Virus record (IMG/VR): IMGVR_UViG_3300044491_000791
Location: 1-31,090 of that record
Reading direction: 5' to 3' (one strand)
Length of the DNA stretch: 31,090 bases
Source: a virus
Taxonomy: Duplodnaviria > Caudoviricetes
Shown here: positions 17,624 to 26,914 of the stretch, piece by piece
Position numbering within the stretch: position 1 is the stretch's first letter
Layout: the number at the start of each line of letters is the position of its first letter
Notes under the pieces: model-generated
Told to the model about the DNA's origin: nothing
Seen by the model: only the letters and a program-made list of their open reading frames with translations
Database searches by the model: none
Made by a program: the position numbers and the translations under genes

Positions 17624-18311
17624 ATGTAAAGTTGAATGGTGGAGTGTAGTACCCGGGCTTACTAAAGTAGAACCGGTACAGCCTGCTACTAAGTTTATGC
17701 CTACTTGGTTTAAGACTATGCCTAAGTTTATAGAAGAAAGCAATTTTAAGGACAAGGGTACACTAAAGAATTGTCCTGGCTTTGTAGACTATTATAAAAA
17801 TGCCTATGTGGTTACTATGTGGTGCGATTTTCACCTAAAAGTTTCTAATAACGAGTTTGCCTGGCATTCAAGTAATGAAGACTTTACTATGAGTTTGCAT
17901 TATGACGAACAGTTTAAGAGTCATCTACCAGAAAATGTAAAAAATCAATTTTTGTGTGTTGCAAAAACCGATTGTCCGTGGCGTGTGCGTACAAGTCCAG
18001 GTTGGGCAATGATGCAATTACCAATGTTTTATGATTTTAATGAAAATTTCGAGTGTATGCCTGGTGTTACCCATACCGAATGGAGTCATCAGATCAATCA
18101 ACAACTGCTAATTAAAAAAGAAGGTGAGTTTTTAATAGAAAAAGGCACACCTTTAGCAATGTACGTTCCAATTAGGCTTTCTGAGTTAGAAACAACTGTA
18201 CAAGATGAAGATCAAGAGAAATATCGTGCTAGTTTTGTTAGTAATATGATCTTTCAAAGTAAGTTTCGCGGAGCATACAAAAATTTTATGAAAAAATGGA
18301 GTAAAGAATGA
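17610..18311 (+). CDS. Hypothetical protein (possibly DUF6065 / dUTPase-like beta fold)
   Basis: Likely start ATG 17610 (MSQNK); P.WFK.MP, TLKNCPGF.D, PW.V.T.PGW, MPGV, IEKGTPL motifs; family assignment from memory only. Confidence 0.6.
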   Translation: MSQNKCKVEWWSVVPGLTKVEPVQPATKFMPTWFKTMPKFIEESNFKDKGTLKNCPGFVDYYKNAYVVTMWCDFHLKVSNNEFAWHSSNEDFTMSLHYDEQFKSHLPENVKNQFLCVAKTDCPWRVRTSPGWAMMQLPMFYDFNENFECMPGVTHTEWSHQINQQLLIKKEGEFLIEKGTPLAMYVPIRLSELETTVQDEDQEKYRASFVSNMIFQSKFRGAYKNFMKKWSKE

Positions 18312-18712
18312 GTCGACTTGATGGTAAAGTTGAAAAAGGTTGGGGCTACGAGTTAATCTGGGCTACTAACGACAAGTACTGCGGAAAAATTATGGTATTT
18401 GAAAAAGCAGGTGCTAAATTTTCTATGCATTTTCATAAAGAGAAAGACGAAACCTGGTTTGTTAACCAAGGACGATTTGAAGTTAAATGGATTGACACAA
18501 AAGATGCCATTTTATATACAAAAGAATTAAAACCTGGAGATACTTGGCATAATCCGCCACTACAACCGCACCAACTTATTGCGTTAGAACCAAATAGTTC
18601 TATAAGTGAAGTAAGTACTCCTGATTCAGTTGAAGATAACTATCGTATTATTCCAGGTGACAGTCAAAAAGAAGTTATTAAACAAAATAACCCCCCTCCT
18701 ACTTTAGATTAA
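18308..18712 (+). CDS. Cupin-fold protein, sugar isomerase-like
   Basis: KGWGYE, FSMHFH..KDETW....G, L.PGD..H.PP..PH.L, EVSTPD...D.YRI. Confidence 0.8.
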   Translation: MSRLDGKVEKGWGYELIWATNDKYCGKIMVFEKAGAKFSMHFHKEKDETWFVNQGRFEVKWIDTKDAILYTKELKPGDTWHNPPLQPHQLIALEPNSSISEVSTPDSVEDNYRIIPGDSQKEVIKQNNPPPTLD

Positions 18713-21700
18713 GCCTGTGCCTCTGACCATCGTAGTACAATGTTACTAACAATGTCAGCGCCTGATGTTTTATAAACGTTAATTGCTAATACGTCAGGTC
18801 CATTCGGGAATGTACCTCTACCACCTAGTGTAGTATTAGTTAATTCTTTAATAAATGACAGATCCAACGTAGATCTTTCGCCTGGTTGAGCAATGAATGA
18901 GAAGATAGTTTCACCTGGTTGAGCAAACGGTGGTTGCACAAATTCAAATTCAATAGTTGTAACACCTGCAGTAATAGCACTGTTATCTGATGTTTGGTTA
19001 AATGTTACACTGTAATATTCTACGCTGTTGTAACTACCAATAGAAACTGTAGATACCTGTGTTCCTGCTGGGAATCTACCGTCACTTACGTTAGTACCTT
19101 GTGCTACACCAGCGGCATCAAAACTAGTCTTATCAAAGAAGATATTGTTAGTTGGTGCTTCTTTAAATGTTTTCTTAAATGTTAAAGCAATGGTTCCGGA
19201 TGTAACGTTTTGTAATCCGTTTGAACTTAGATAAATTGGTCTAATTGTTCCTGAACCAGCAGATGATGTTGTCCACGAACCAACCTGTGTAAGTGTTGTT
19301 CCGTTTGGAAAGTATGTAGGTGCATCAATCTCAATACCAACTTGGAATAAGTCTTGATTTGCCGCGTAAAATGATTCTTGAATCCAGAAGAAGTTTCTTC
19401 CTGTTCTTACAGCATTATCCCAGTAATCGTTATTGCCTCTGTATCCTCTATCAACACCTGTAATACTTGCAGTAATTGGTGCTTGTGTAAGTACTAGTTC
19501 TTGAGTTGGTATATCGCCCGAGTTCCAGTTAGTAGAACCGCCTGGTGCTACTTGTGCAAAACTTGGCTGTCCACCTTGTGCTAGTCCTGATAGTCCCTGC
19601 CAACCAACGTCACTTGGGTTAAGCGGATAGTTTTGTGGATTTAGAATACCTTCAATAACAATACCACCCGTGTCTGAAGATGTAGGCTGGTCTGTTGTAA
19701 TCTCAAGACCTTCAAGTAATAACTGTGCTCTGTTCAGTAGTTCACGTTCTCCAAGATCACCCACAAGTGCGTTTGACACACTCGGTGCTAGTCTAAGCAA
19801 GAATGAAGTTGTTCTTGTTGTACTAACTGTAACTCCGGTTGATTTGTATGAGAATAAGTATCCTCTATCACTATCAAATCCGCCGTCTGTAATAAACGCA
19901 GAACCCCAGTGTGAAATAACCGGCGATGCTGTGTTACTAATAAGTACAACTCCAGTATTTCTTGAGTGTGAACTTGCTGGTCCACCGCTATATGTTCTTG
20001 TTGCACCTGAAGCAAAGTTAGTCATTGTACTTTGTCTAGTACAACCAGTTAAGTTTTTACCATCTACACCTGTGAAACGTATCATTTCAGCATCAATATA
20101 AACAACTCCGCCTTCTGGAGGGAAGAATGATGCATCTACTAACGGAATAGTTTCGACTACTGCGTCAATATCTTCTGAAAGTTTACCACTTGGACCTTCA
20201 TTAGTAATTTCATAACGCACCGGCATATTACCTGTACGCATAAATGCTTCTGTGTTAATGTTTGAGTTTCTCATTCTGTGCATAAACACAAAATTACCAT
20301 CAGCACCTCTAAGCATATAATCAATAAAACCAGCACCGTACCATGAATACTGGATTCCAACCATCTGCATCTTACTGATGTCAATATTATATCCACTCGG
20401 TCCTGTGCCGTCACCTCTATCTCTGTTGAAATCTTTCTGTTCTGTTTTCTTATCTCTAACTAAACAAATCTTACTTGATCTTACATTAGTAACACCACGG
20501 AAGTCAGGTGCAAGATACATTGTTGTATTATCTACTACTTGTGATACAACGTGAGTCATGCCTTTAAGCACGATTCTATCACCTGCTTTTAATTGTTCTC
20601 TAAATCTTGTTCCTGTTCCTATACAAGTGTTTGAGTCAACATCAATATCAACTACGCCTGCTAACTGCAACGTAGCAGTTCTTTGTACAGCACTAAATTG
20701 TGTACCATCATATTCAAAGAAGATACCGTTCTGATCATCAAATGCTCCTGAACGCACAGTTGCACCGTGAAACTTACTAATTGAAACTTGACATTCTGAA
20801 CTTAATTCAGGTGTTGTTGAACCTAAATTGTTTATAGCAATAATTTCAAATTCGTTTTCGTCATTTACTGCCGATACATTGTAAGTATCATTGTATCCTA
20901 CAGTGTCAACTCCGATGATTCTAACAGTACCACCAACTTGTAAACCGTGTTCTGTTTCATCTGTAGTTATTGTGATAGTTGAGCCTTGTGCAGTACCACT
21001 TGCTGTAATGTCAAGAATGTTATAACTTGGAGCAAATAGAGCACCAGTTGTGTACATAATACCTTTACCTGACTGGTATCTAATATATTTTTTACTCTGT
21101 CTAATTGCTTGAGCACCGTGTTGCGGTCCTCCTGTACCTAACTGTACACCACCGTCATATGGTCTATGAATGAAGAAACTATCCGGTCTTGGATAAACTG
21201 CACCAATGATTGGTTGATCATTATTAGTACCTGTGTTAATAAACCCTGGAGATCTACATTGATACTCTAACTGTGTTAAACTAGGAACTGCTGTAGCACT
21301 AAACGGACCTGCCGCTAAATTATGAAGGTTTGCCCCATCGTCTGAACTAATAGTAATTGCAAACGAGTCACCTGGTACTAGTCCGTGTGGTGTTTGGAAT
21401 GTAACTCTAATGCTTGCTAACGCACTGTAAGTAATAACAGTTGCTTGTGCAATATTAGATGTTGTAGTATCTGACATTGTTACAGAACTGTATAAATCTA
21501 ATGTTGCTCCAGGTACTGCTGTTCCACTGATATCAATTCCTAAGAAATTACCTTCTGTAGATTCAACTGTACAACGAAGTGTTAAATCATTTGTAGGAGT
21601 ATCGCCTCCTAGTTGATTACCAGGAATAACAATCCTGTCACCTACTTTATATCCACTACCATTATCAACTGCACTAACAATTGAATATGTACCAGCGTCT

Positions 21701-24700
21701 CTAGTTACATTAAAGACTGCATCTGCACCAGAGTTTGGATCATTATCACCAATTGCCGAAAGATAAGTTCCCGAACCTGTAGCGCCTGTTCCTGTAAATG
21801 ATATACCTGTAATGCCTCCATCATTTTGAATAGAAGTAATAGTAATAGCAATGTCGTTTGCTGGAACTGTTCCGCTTACTTGGGTACCTAAGATATTAAT
21901 AACTTGATCAACACCATATCTTTGGCCTGCACCCTCAATGTTAATTGTGTAAATGCCAGCACTTAGATCAATTTGGAATGTTGCTCCAGATCCAACTTGG
22001 TTAGTACCTGTAACATAACCATAAGATCTTGTATTGATTGCTGTACCTGCTGAAGTTACTCCAGTAATACCACCGTTAACATCAACAGTTGAAATTGTAA
22101 TTGTTAAATTGTTTGTTCCGTCAGCACCGCCAAGTTCTGATCCTAAAATTGTAAATGTTTCAGCCGCCAAGTAGCCTGTACCCGGATTGGTTACTACTAC
22201 TGAATAAACAGTGCCAATACGTTGTACGTTAAAGTCAGCACCTAATCCTGATATAGTAGTTGATGTATAAGGAGGAGATGAATAACTTACATCTGCGTCA
22301 ACTGCTGTACCAGTAGTTGATACACTAGTAATAGAGCCGCCTGCGCCTACAGTTTCAACTTTAATAAAAGCATCGTTGGCTACACTCTGTCCGCCGAGGT
22401 CAAAACCGTCAACTACAACAACATCGCCAACTACATATCCTGATGATGTATCAGGTGATGCTACACTTGCAGTATAAACATTGTTAGTATATGTGATATC
22501 AAAAATTGGATCAGTACCTTGGCCACCTTCAAGTTGTCCGTTGACTCCAAAGAATGTACCTTCACCGTCAAAACCTGTCCCGCTAAATGCAAATGTTACT
22601 ACTTCTCCACCAGTGTCAACTGATTCAATAATAATACGTAAATCATTTGTTGTATCTGCTCCACCTAAACTTCCACCGCTGATAACAATATTGTCACCAA
22701 TTCTATAATCTTGTCCTGTATTTGCAAGTGATACTGAATATACACCACTTGTTCTAGTTACATCAAATGTAGCACCGTTACCAATTGTAGTATCATTTAC
22801 TCCAGTTACACCTGAGTATAAAACTGTATTACCAACTAGTGTTTGTGTAGTTGCAGAACTAATAGTTAAATCATTACCTACAACATTAGTAACAAAGGCC
22901 GCTGATCCGTCACCTCTATCTAATGCCGCTCCGATTTCAACATCGGTTCCATCTTCAACGGAAATTGTAAAACTTCCTTGCGGTGTGTCAGATGTAGTAA
23001 CCGGAGTTGTAATAATATTTCCGTCACCTGTGATACCAGTAACCTGAGAACCTACTGGAATTCCTCCGCCATTGGCTTGTAATGGAGCACCAATGCTTGG
23101 TGGTGTTCCCTGAATAGGTAGTCTATTTTCATCAGCATCAACTCCTAGTGCAAGACTAAACGATCCTGATGAACCTTGAGATGTAACTTCAAACGAAGCA
23201 GTATCTCCTTGGATTGCCGCACCTGTATAAAATGCCGCCTGTCTTAAAATTGTATAAAATGTTACTAACTCTGTTCCAGCAACTGTACCAACTTTTGCTT
23301 TTGCATAGTAAGTGAATGTTGAATTATTAACAATACTATTAACAATAAATGTACCTTCAGCACGACCGTTACCTTTAACAGAACCATCTAATCCTCTAAT
23401 AGTAATAGGCTGTCCAGCAAGTACACCGTGTGGTCCAACTGTTGTAACTGTAATTAATGATTGACCAATACCTTCTGAACCGTCTGATGCATCTGTAAGA
23501 ACATTTTGTACTGCTGTATCTGTTCCTGGTACTTCATATGTTGAAGGGTAACCACGCATTGTACCAATTGCCTGCCACTTAGTAGGCTGTAGTCCGTACT
23601 CGAAGTCAGCATCAAGCATTGATAGAGCGTTTGCAACTCTGTGTCTTTCAATAGCGTCTGTACCAAAATCATATGGTCTTGTTCTTAAGTCACCTTGCTC
23701 AATAAAAATTTGTAAAGTATCTAATTCAGACCAGATAGTTGGTTTATTTTCAACTGGTAAAAATTCTAATCCGTTAGTAATAACATCTGTAAGAATTTTA
23801 ACTAACTCTGCTACTCTATCTGCGGCACCTAGTTCACAATTTGTACCTAAAAAGTACTGGGTAGTTTCTGGAGTTCCCGTTTGTTTAGTTGGATATACTG
23901 CTTTTGTTAAGATGTAGTTGTTAACTAAATCTCTCATAAAGTTTTTCGCGGCAATTTCTTGCTCACGTGTACCATCAATTTGAGGAGTTGGACCTTTCCA
24001 ATATTTTGAGGCTGTAGTTCTTACGTTGGCATTACCACCGTATCGCATATCAGCAACAATAGCATCAATATTAAATGCTGTATCTCTTTCACACTTAGCC
24101 GCATTGTACGTATAATTTTCCCAGATACTTCCTGGAGTTGCATTTGCTACATTGTAAGCAATCCAAGCACGTACTTCATCTTTAATAAATTCTTTATTAT
24201 TTGTAATTAATGCTCTACAGGCTGTTAGATATTCTTCGTTAGTTGTATCTGTATTAAACAACACCTGTGTAATTGTATCAGTTGTTTCAAGAAACTTTTG
24301 AAAGTAAAAGTATGTAGGTGTATATTCAACAGATTCATATGTATATTTTACATCAGCACCCTTAGTCGGATCACTAAAGTTAAACAATACTTGGTTTGTA
24401 GATGTATTTGTAATTAATAGTAAATTATCTTGTGTAACTTTTGTTGGAAAAATTGCTCTACTAATTTCTGCACGATGAAAGTCTGGCATTGATTCAGTAC
24501 CTTCAACAATAACTTTACCAATAGTATCTACTAGCACTTTATTAACTTGGCTCGTTGCACCTGATTCTGAAATATATTCACTATTTCTTACTTGTGTTGT
24601 TACAGCAGGACTTTGATTAGTTGTCCATTCTGTATTAGTAAGAATATAATTGTTAATTAACCAAGCACAAAAATTCTTTGCGGCTCTTTCTGGATTTCTA

Positions 24701-25380
24701 TCTCCGTCAATTTGAGGTATCGCTTTATCCCAATATGTTGATGCAAGGTAACGTGCTTGCTCATTACCTTTATATCTTAAATCATAAAGTAATCCACCTG
24801 GCTGATCAGTAACAGCATTGTTCTTATCACCGCCAATTAAGTTGTAACGCATATCGCGTTCACACTTAGCATCACTATCATTTACATAATTGTAAAATAC
24901 ACTTCTTACTCCATCAGCAACTGCTGAATCAAAAACGTGTGTTGACGTATTTGATGAAATTCCAATAAAGAATGTAATAGTATCTGTTGTTGTAGATGTA
25001 ATTAAAATCGGTGCTTCAAAATATGGATCAGTACCAGCATCGTTTGGTGCTCCAGAACCTCTTGGGTATGCGTGTGTAGTTGTGTAATTGTCTAATCCAC
25101 AAGTAAACACTAAAGCACTTTCTTCAATAATAATTTGATCGCCTGGAACAAACGGATGAGACGGAATAGTTAGAGCCATTATTCCAGTTTGCGGATTGTA
25201 CGTTGCATTTGTTGGTGTATGCTGAGCGGCTTTTGCAATATTAGTATTAATATATGCACGAACCTCGTCGATAATAAATTCAACGTTATTTTGAATTAAC
25301 CAATATGCGTTAGGATAGTAATTATCACTATAAGAAATTCCGTTATGGAAAATATAATCATTAATTTTTCTTTTTGCCAT
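18709..25380 (-). CDS. Giant virion structural / fibre-like protein (2223 aa)
   Basis: Gly/Thr/Ser-rich beta repeats, duplicated KCERD helical module, T..PHG beta modules; AGGAG SD; downstream of late box 26444-26451. Confidence 0.75.
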   Translation of the reverse strand: MAKRKINDYIFHNGISYSDNYYPNAYWLIQNNVEFIIDEVRAYINTNIAKAAQHTPTNATYNPQTGIMALTIPSHPFVPGDQIIIEESALVFTCGLDNYTTTHAYPRGSGAPNDAGTDPYFEAPILITSTTTDTITFFIGISSNTSTHVFDSAVADGVRSVFYNYVNDSDAKCERDMRYNLIGGDKNNAVTDQPGGLLYDLRYKGNEQARYLASTYWDKAIPQIDGDRNPERAAKNFCAWLINNYILTNTEWTTNQSPAVTTQVRNSEYISESGATSQVNKVLVDTIGKVIVEGTESMPDFHRAEISRAIFPTKVTQDNLLLITNTSTNQVLFNFSDPTKGADVKYTYESVEYTPTYFYFQKFLETTDTITQVLFNTDTTNEEYLTACRALITNNKEFIKDEVRAWIAYNVANATPGSIWENYTYNAAKCERDTAFNIDAIVADMRYGGNANVRTTASKYWKGPTPQIDGTREQEIAAKNFMRDLVNNYILTKAVYPTKQTGTPETTQYFLGTNCELGAADRVAELVKILTDVITNGLEFLPVENKPTIWSELDTLQIFIEQGDLRTRPYDFGTDAIERHRVANALSMLDADFEYGLQPTKWQAIGTMRGYPSTYEVPGTDTAVQNVLTDASDGSEGIGQSLITVTTVGPHGVLAGQPITIRGLDGSVKGNGRAEGTFIVNSIVNNSTFTYYAKAKVGTVAGTELVTFYTILRQAAFYTGAAIQGDTASFEVTSQGSSGSFSLALGVDADENRLPIQGTPPSIGAPLQANGGGIPVGSQVTGITGDGNIITTPVTTSDTPQGSFTISVEDGTDVEIGAALDRGDGSAAFVTNVVGNDLTISSATTQTLVGNTVLYSGVTGVNDTTIGNGATFDVTRTSGVYSVSLANTGQDYRIGDNIVISGGSLGGADTTNDLRIIIESVDTGGEVVTFAFSGTGFDGEGTFFGVNGQLEGGQGTDPIFDITYTNNVYTASVASPDTSSGYVVGDVVVVDGFDLGGQSVANDAFIKVETVGAGGSITSVSTTGTAVDADVSYSSPPYTSTTISGLGADFNVQRIGTVYSVVVTNPGTGYLAAETFTILGSELGGADGTNNLTITISTVDVNGGITGVTSAGTAINTRSYGYVTGTNQVGSGATFQIDLSAGIYTINIEGAGQRYGVDQVINILGTQVSGTVPANDIAITITSIQNDGGITGISFTGTGATGSGTYLSAIGDNDPNSGADAVFNVTRDAGTYSIVSAVDNGSGYKVGDRIVIPGNQLGGDTPTNDLTLRCTVESTEGNFLGIDISGTAVPGATLDLYSSVTMSDTTTSNIAQATVITYSALASIRVTFQTPHGLVPGDSFAITISSDDGANLHNLAAGPFSATAVPSLTQLEYQCRSPGFINTGTNNDQPIIGAVYPRPDSFFIHRPYDGGVQLGTGGPQHGAQAIRQSKKYIRYQSGKGIMYTTGALFAPSYNILDITASGTAQGSTITITTDETEHGLQVGGTVRIIGVDTVGYNDTYNVSAVNDENEFEIIAINNLGSTTPELSSECQVSISKFHGATVRSGAFDDQNGIFFEYDGTQFSAVQRTATLQLAGVVDIDVDSNTCIGTGTRFREQLKAGDRIVLKGMTHVVSQVVDNTTMYLAPDFRGVTNVRSSKICLVRDKKTEQKDFNRDRGDGTGPSGYNIDISKMQMVGIQYSWYGAGFIDYMLRGADGNFVFMHRMRNSNINTEAFMRTGNMPVRYEITNEGPSGKLSEDIDAVVETIPLVDASFFPPEGGVVYIDAEMIRFTGVDGKNLTGCTRQSTMTNFASGATRTYSGGPASSHSRNTGVVLISNTASPVISHWGSAFITDGGFDSDRGYLFSYKSTGVTVSTTRTTSFLLRLAPSVSNALVGDLGERELLNRAQLLLEGLEITTDQPTSSDTGGIVIEGILNPQNYPLNPSDVGWQGLSGLAQGGQPSFAQVAPGGSTNWNSGDIPTQELVLTQAPITASITGVDRGYRGNNDYWDNAVRTGRNFFWIQESFYAANQDLFQVGIEIDAPTYFPNGTTLTQVGSWTTSSAGSGTIRPIYLSSNGLQNVTSGTIALTFKKTFKEAPTNNIFFDKTSFDAAGVAQGTNVSDGRFPAGTQVSTVSIGSYNSVEYYSVTFNQTSDNSAITAGVTTIEFEFVQPPFAQPGETIFSFIAQPGERSTLDLSFIKELTNTTLGGRGTFPNGPDVLAINVYKTSGADIVSNIVLRWSEAQA
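21508..22782 (-). repeat. Five ~85-90 aa degenerate repeats within the giant protein
   Basis: Consensus G.GA.F.V.R..G.Y.V.....G..Y..GD...I.G..LGG....ND..I.I..V...G.I......GT seen five times. Confidence 0.85.
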
Positions 25381-25386
25381 CTCTTA

Positions 25387-26424
25387 TTATACTCCTAATG
25401 CAATAGCCAACGCCGTTGCTGTATTATCTACGTACTGTTTATTTGTTAAATGTTGACTAGTCACTGGTGCATTTTTTCCTGTTACTTGTGTAAATGTTGC
25501 CGACTCCGGCGTAACATTTCCTATCACTGTACTATTTAACCCATTTTCTGCATTTAGGGCTAAGAATGAACCGTCTCTTGGAATTGACTGTCCTATTTCT
25601 ACGTTGTTAATAGACCCTGTTAATCCAGATGATAGTGTTAAAATTCCTGTTCCTGTTGGTGCTATTGTTACACTTCTATTATCAGGAGTAATTATAGTTG
25701 TATCTGTTACATCTAATGTAATTGCTTGAACGTACATATTACTTAATGTACCTGCACCTCCAGGATTAATTGTAACAGTACCATATTGCCCTGATGGTGC
25801 AATAGTAATTTCTGCATCTTGTCCTGTAAATGTTGCATCTCCAATAACATTTAATGAACTAAAACTACCAACACCTGTAATAGTCGGATCTGATGTTGTA
25901 ATAACTCCAAATACACTACCGTCACCTGTTCCATAATATAATGTTTCAGGTGCTAGTGCTGGAACATCAAAGAAAAATACACCATTAGTTTTTCCTTGTG
26001 CATCTTGTCCTTCTAGTGTTACAATGTCTTCGTCGCTAACTTTATAACTGATACCAATGTTATAATAAATTACTGGGATTCCGTTAATTGTAACTGCTGA
26101 ATTACCTGCTGGATCTTCATACCAAATATTCCATGTAAGATAATCAAAATTATTCAAGTTGAATGAATACTTTTCGCCTCTAGTGAATTGTAGTGGAGGA
26201 TTTTGTCTAAGAACTTCTGAACCTGGTGCAAATACACCATCCTGAGTATAAACTGCTTGATCGCCTGTTCCCAATTGATTAAAGTATAATCTACCTTCAA
26301 GAATTACCTCTTCTTCTTCAATATAAGAAAGACTACGAACTGTAACGTTACCGTTATCATCTACGGTAAAGCCTGGGCTTTTAAAGCCATACTCTGACTC
26401 GAAAGGGTTATAAGTTACTGCCAT
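25387..26424 (-). CDS. Virion structural / fibre protein
   Basis: Start reassigned to ATG 26424 (MAVTYNPF) after GGAG; NPPLQFTRGEKYSF, VP..AP.TLYY, C-terminal HLTNKQYVD fibre-type motif. Confidence 0.7.
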   Translation of the reverse strand: MAVTYNPFESEYGFKSPGFTVDDNGNVTVRSLSYIEEEEVILEGRLYFNQLGTGDQAVYTQDGVFAPGSEVLRQNPPLQFTRGEKYSFNLNNFDYLTWNIWYEDPAGNSAVTINGIPVIYYNIGISYKVSDEDIVTLEGQDAQGKTNGVFFFDVPALAPETLYYGTGDGSVFGVITTSDPTITGVGSFSSLNVIGDATFTGQDAEITIAPSGQYGTVTINPGGAGTLSNMYVQAITLDVTDTTIITPDNRSVTIAPTGTGILTLSSGLTGSINNVEIGQSIPRDGSFLALNAENGLNSTVIGNVTPESATFTQVTGKNAPVTSQHLTNKQYVDNTATALAIALGV

Positions 26425-26443
26425 GTTGTGCTCCAATTACACA

Positions 26444-26451
26444 TATTTATC
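26444..26451 (-). promoter_or_regulatory. T4-late-type promoter box for fibre genes
   Basis: GATAAATA followed by GGAG SD. Confidence 0.75.
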
Positions 26452-26457
26452 TGCTCA

Positions 26458-26877
26458 TTAAGCAGGTACTAAAACATTTTGCGTTTGATAGTAATTGGCA
26501 CTGAAAACTAGTTTCGCACCTCGTCCTGGTGCTGAATCATCGAGTGGTTTTGCATTAGCAATGATGTTAACATAACTGTCGTTAACCGTTGCAGTTAAGT
26601 CGATAATTTGATTTCCAAGATTTGAACGTCCGTACACTACTAATTCAGCAGTACTAGGTCCAGCAACTACTAAACACTTGATAATTTCTTTTTGGAATGT
26701 TGAAAGATCTGCTACAATAGTATATTCTGCGGCACAAAAATCACCAACTAGCCAACGGTCGATTACTGTATCTTCTGTTATTTTCTTCCAAGGGCCGTGA
26801 TAACTTATATTAGCGCCGTTTTTCATTAGCACTGTGTTCTTTAATCCCTTGCCGAAAAATTTACCGATATCAAACAT
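26458..26877 (-). CDS. Hypothetical protein, probably virion-associated
   Basis: 139-aa beta-rich ORF with GAGGA SD and late box 26895-26902, upstream of the fibre genes. Confidence 0.65.
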   Translation of the reverse strand: MFDIGKFFGKGLKNTVLMKNGANISYHGPWKKITEDTVIDRWLVGDFCAAEYTIVADLSTFQKEIIKCLVVAGPSTAELVVYGRSNLGNQIIDLTATVNDSYVNIIANAKPLDDSAPGRGAKLVFSANYYQTQNVLVPA

Positions 26878-26894
26878 TTTAGTCCTCTTTATAG

Positions 26895-26902
26895 TATTTA
26901 TC
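26895..26902 (-). promoter_or_regulatory. T4-late-type promoter box
   Basis: GATAAATACTA followed by GAGGA SD. Confidence 0.75.
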
Positions 26903-26914
26903 GCTTACGAGGAT

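Noticed and set aside
18691-18696. C6 homopolymer as a phase-variation site
   Set aside because: Short and only a few codons from the cupin stop; slippage would barely change the protein
21508-22782. Repeats as a CRISPR array or diversity-generating retroelement
   Set aside because: Repeats are degenerate at protein level only; no identical DNA repeats, adenine-specific variant pair or reverse transcriptase seen
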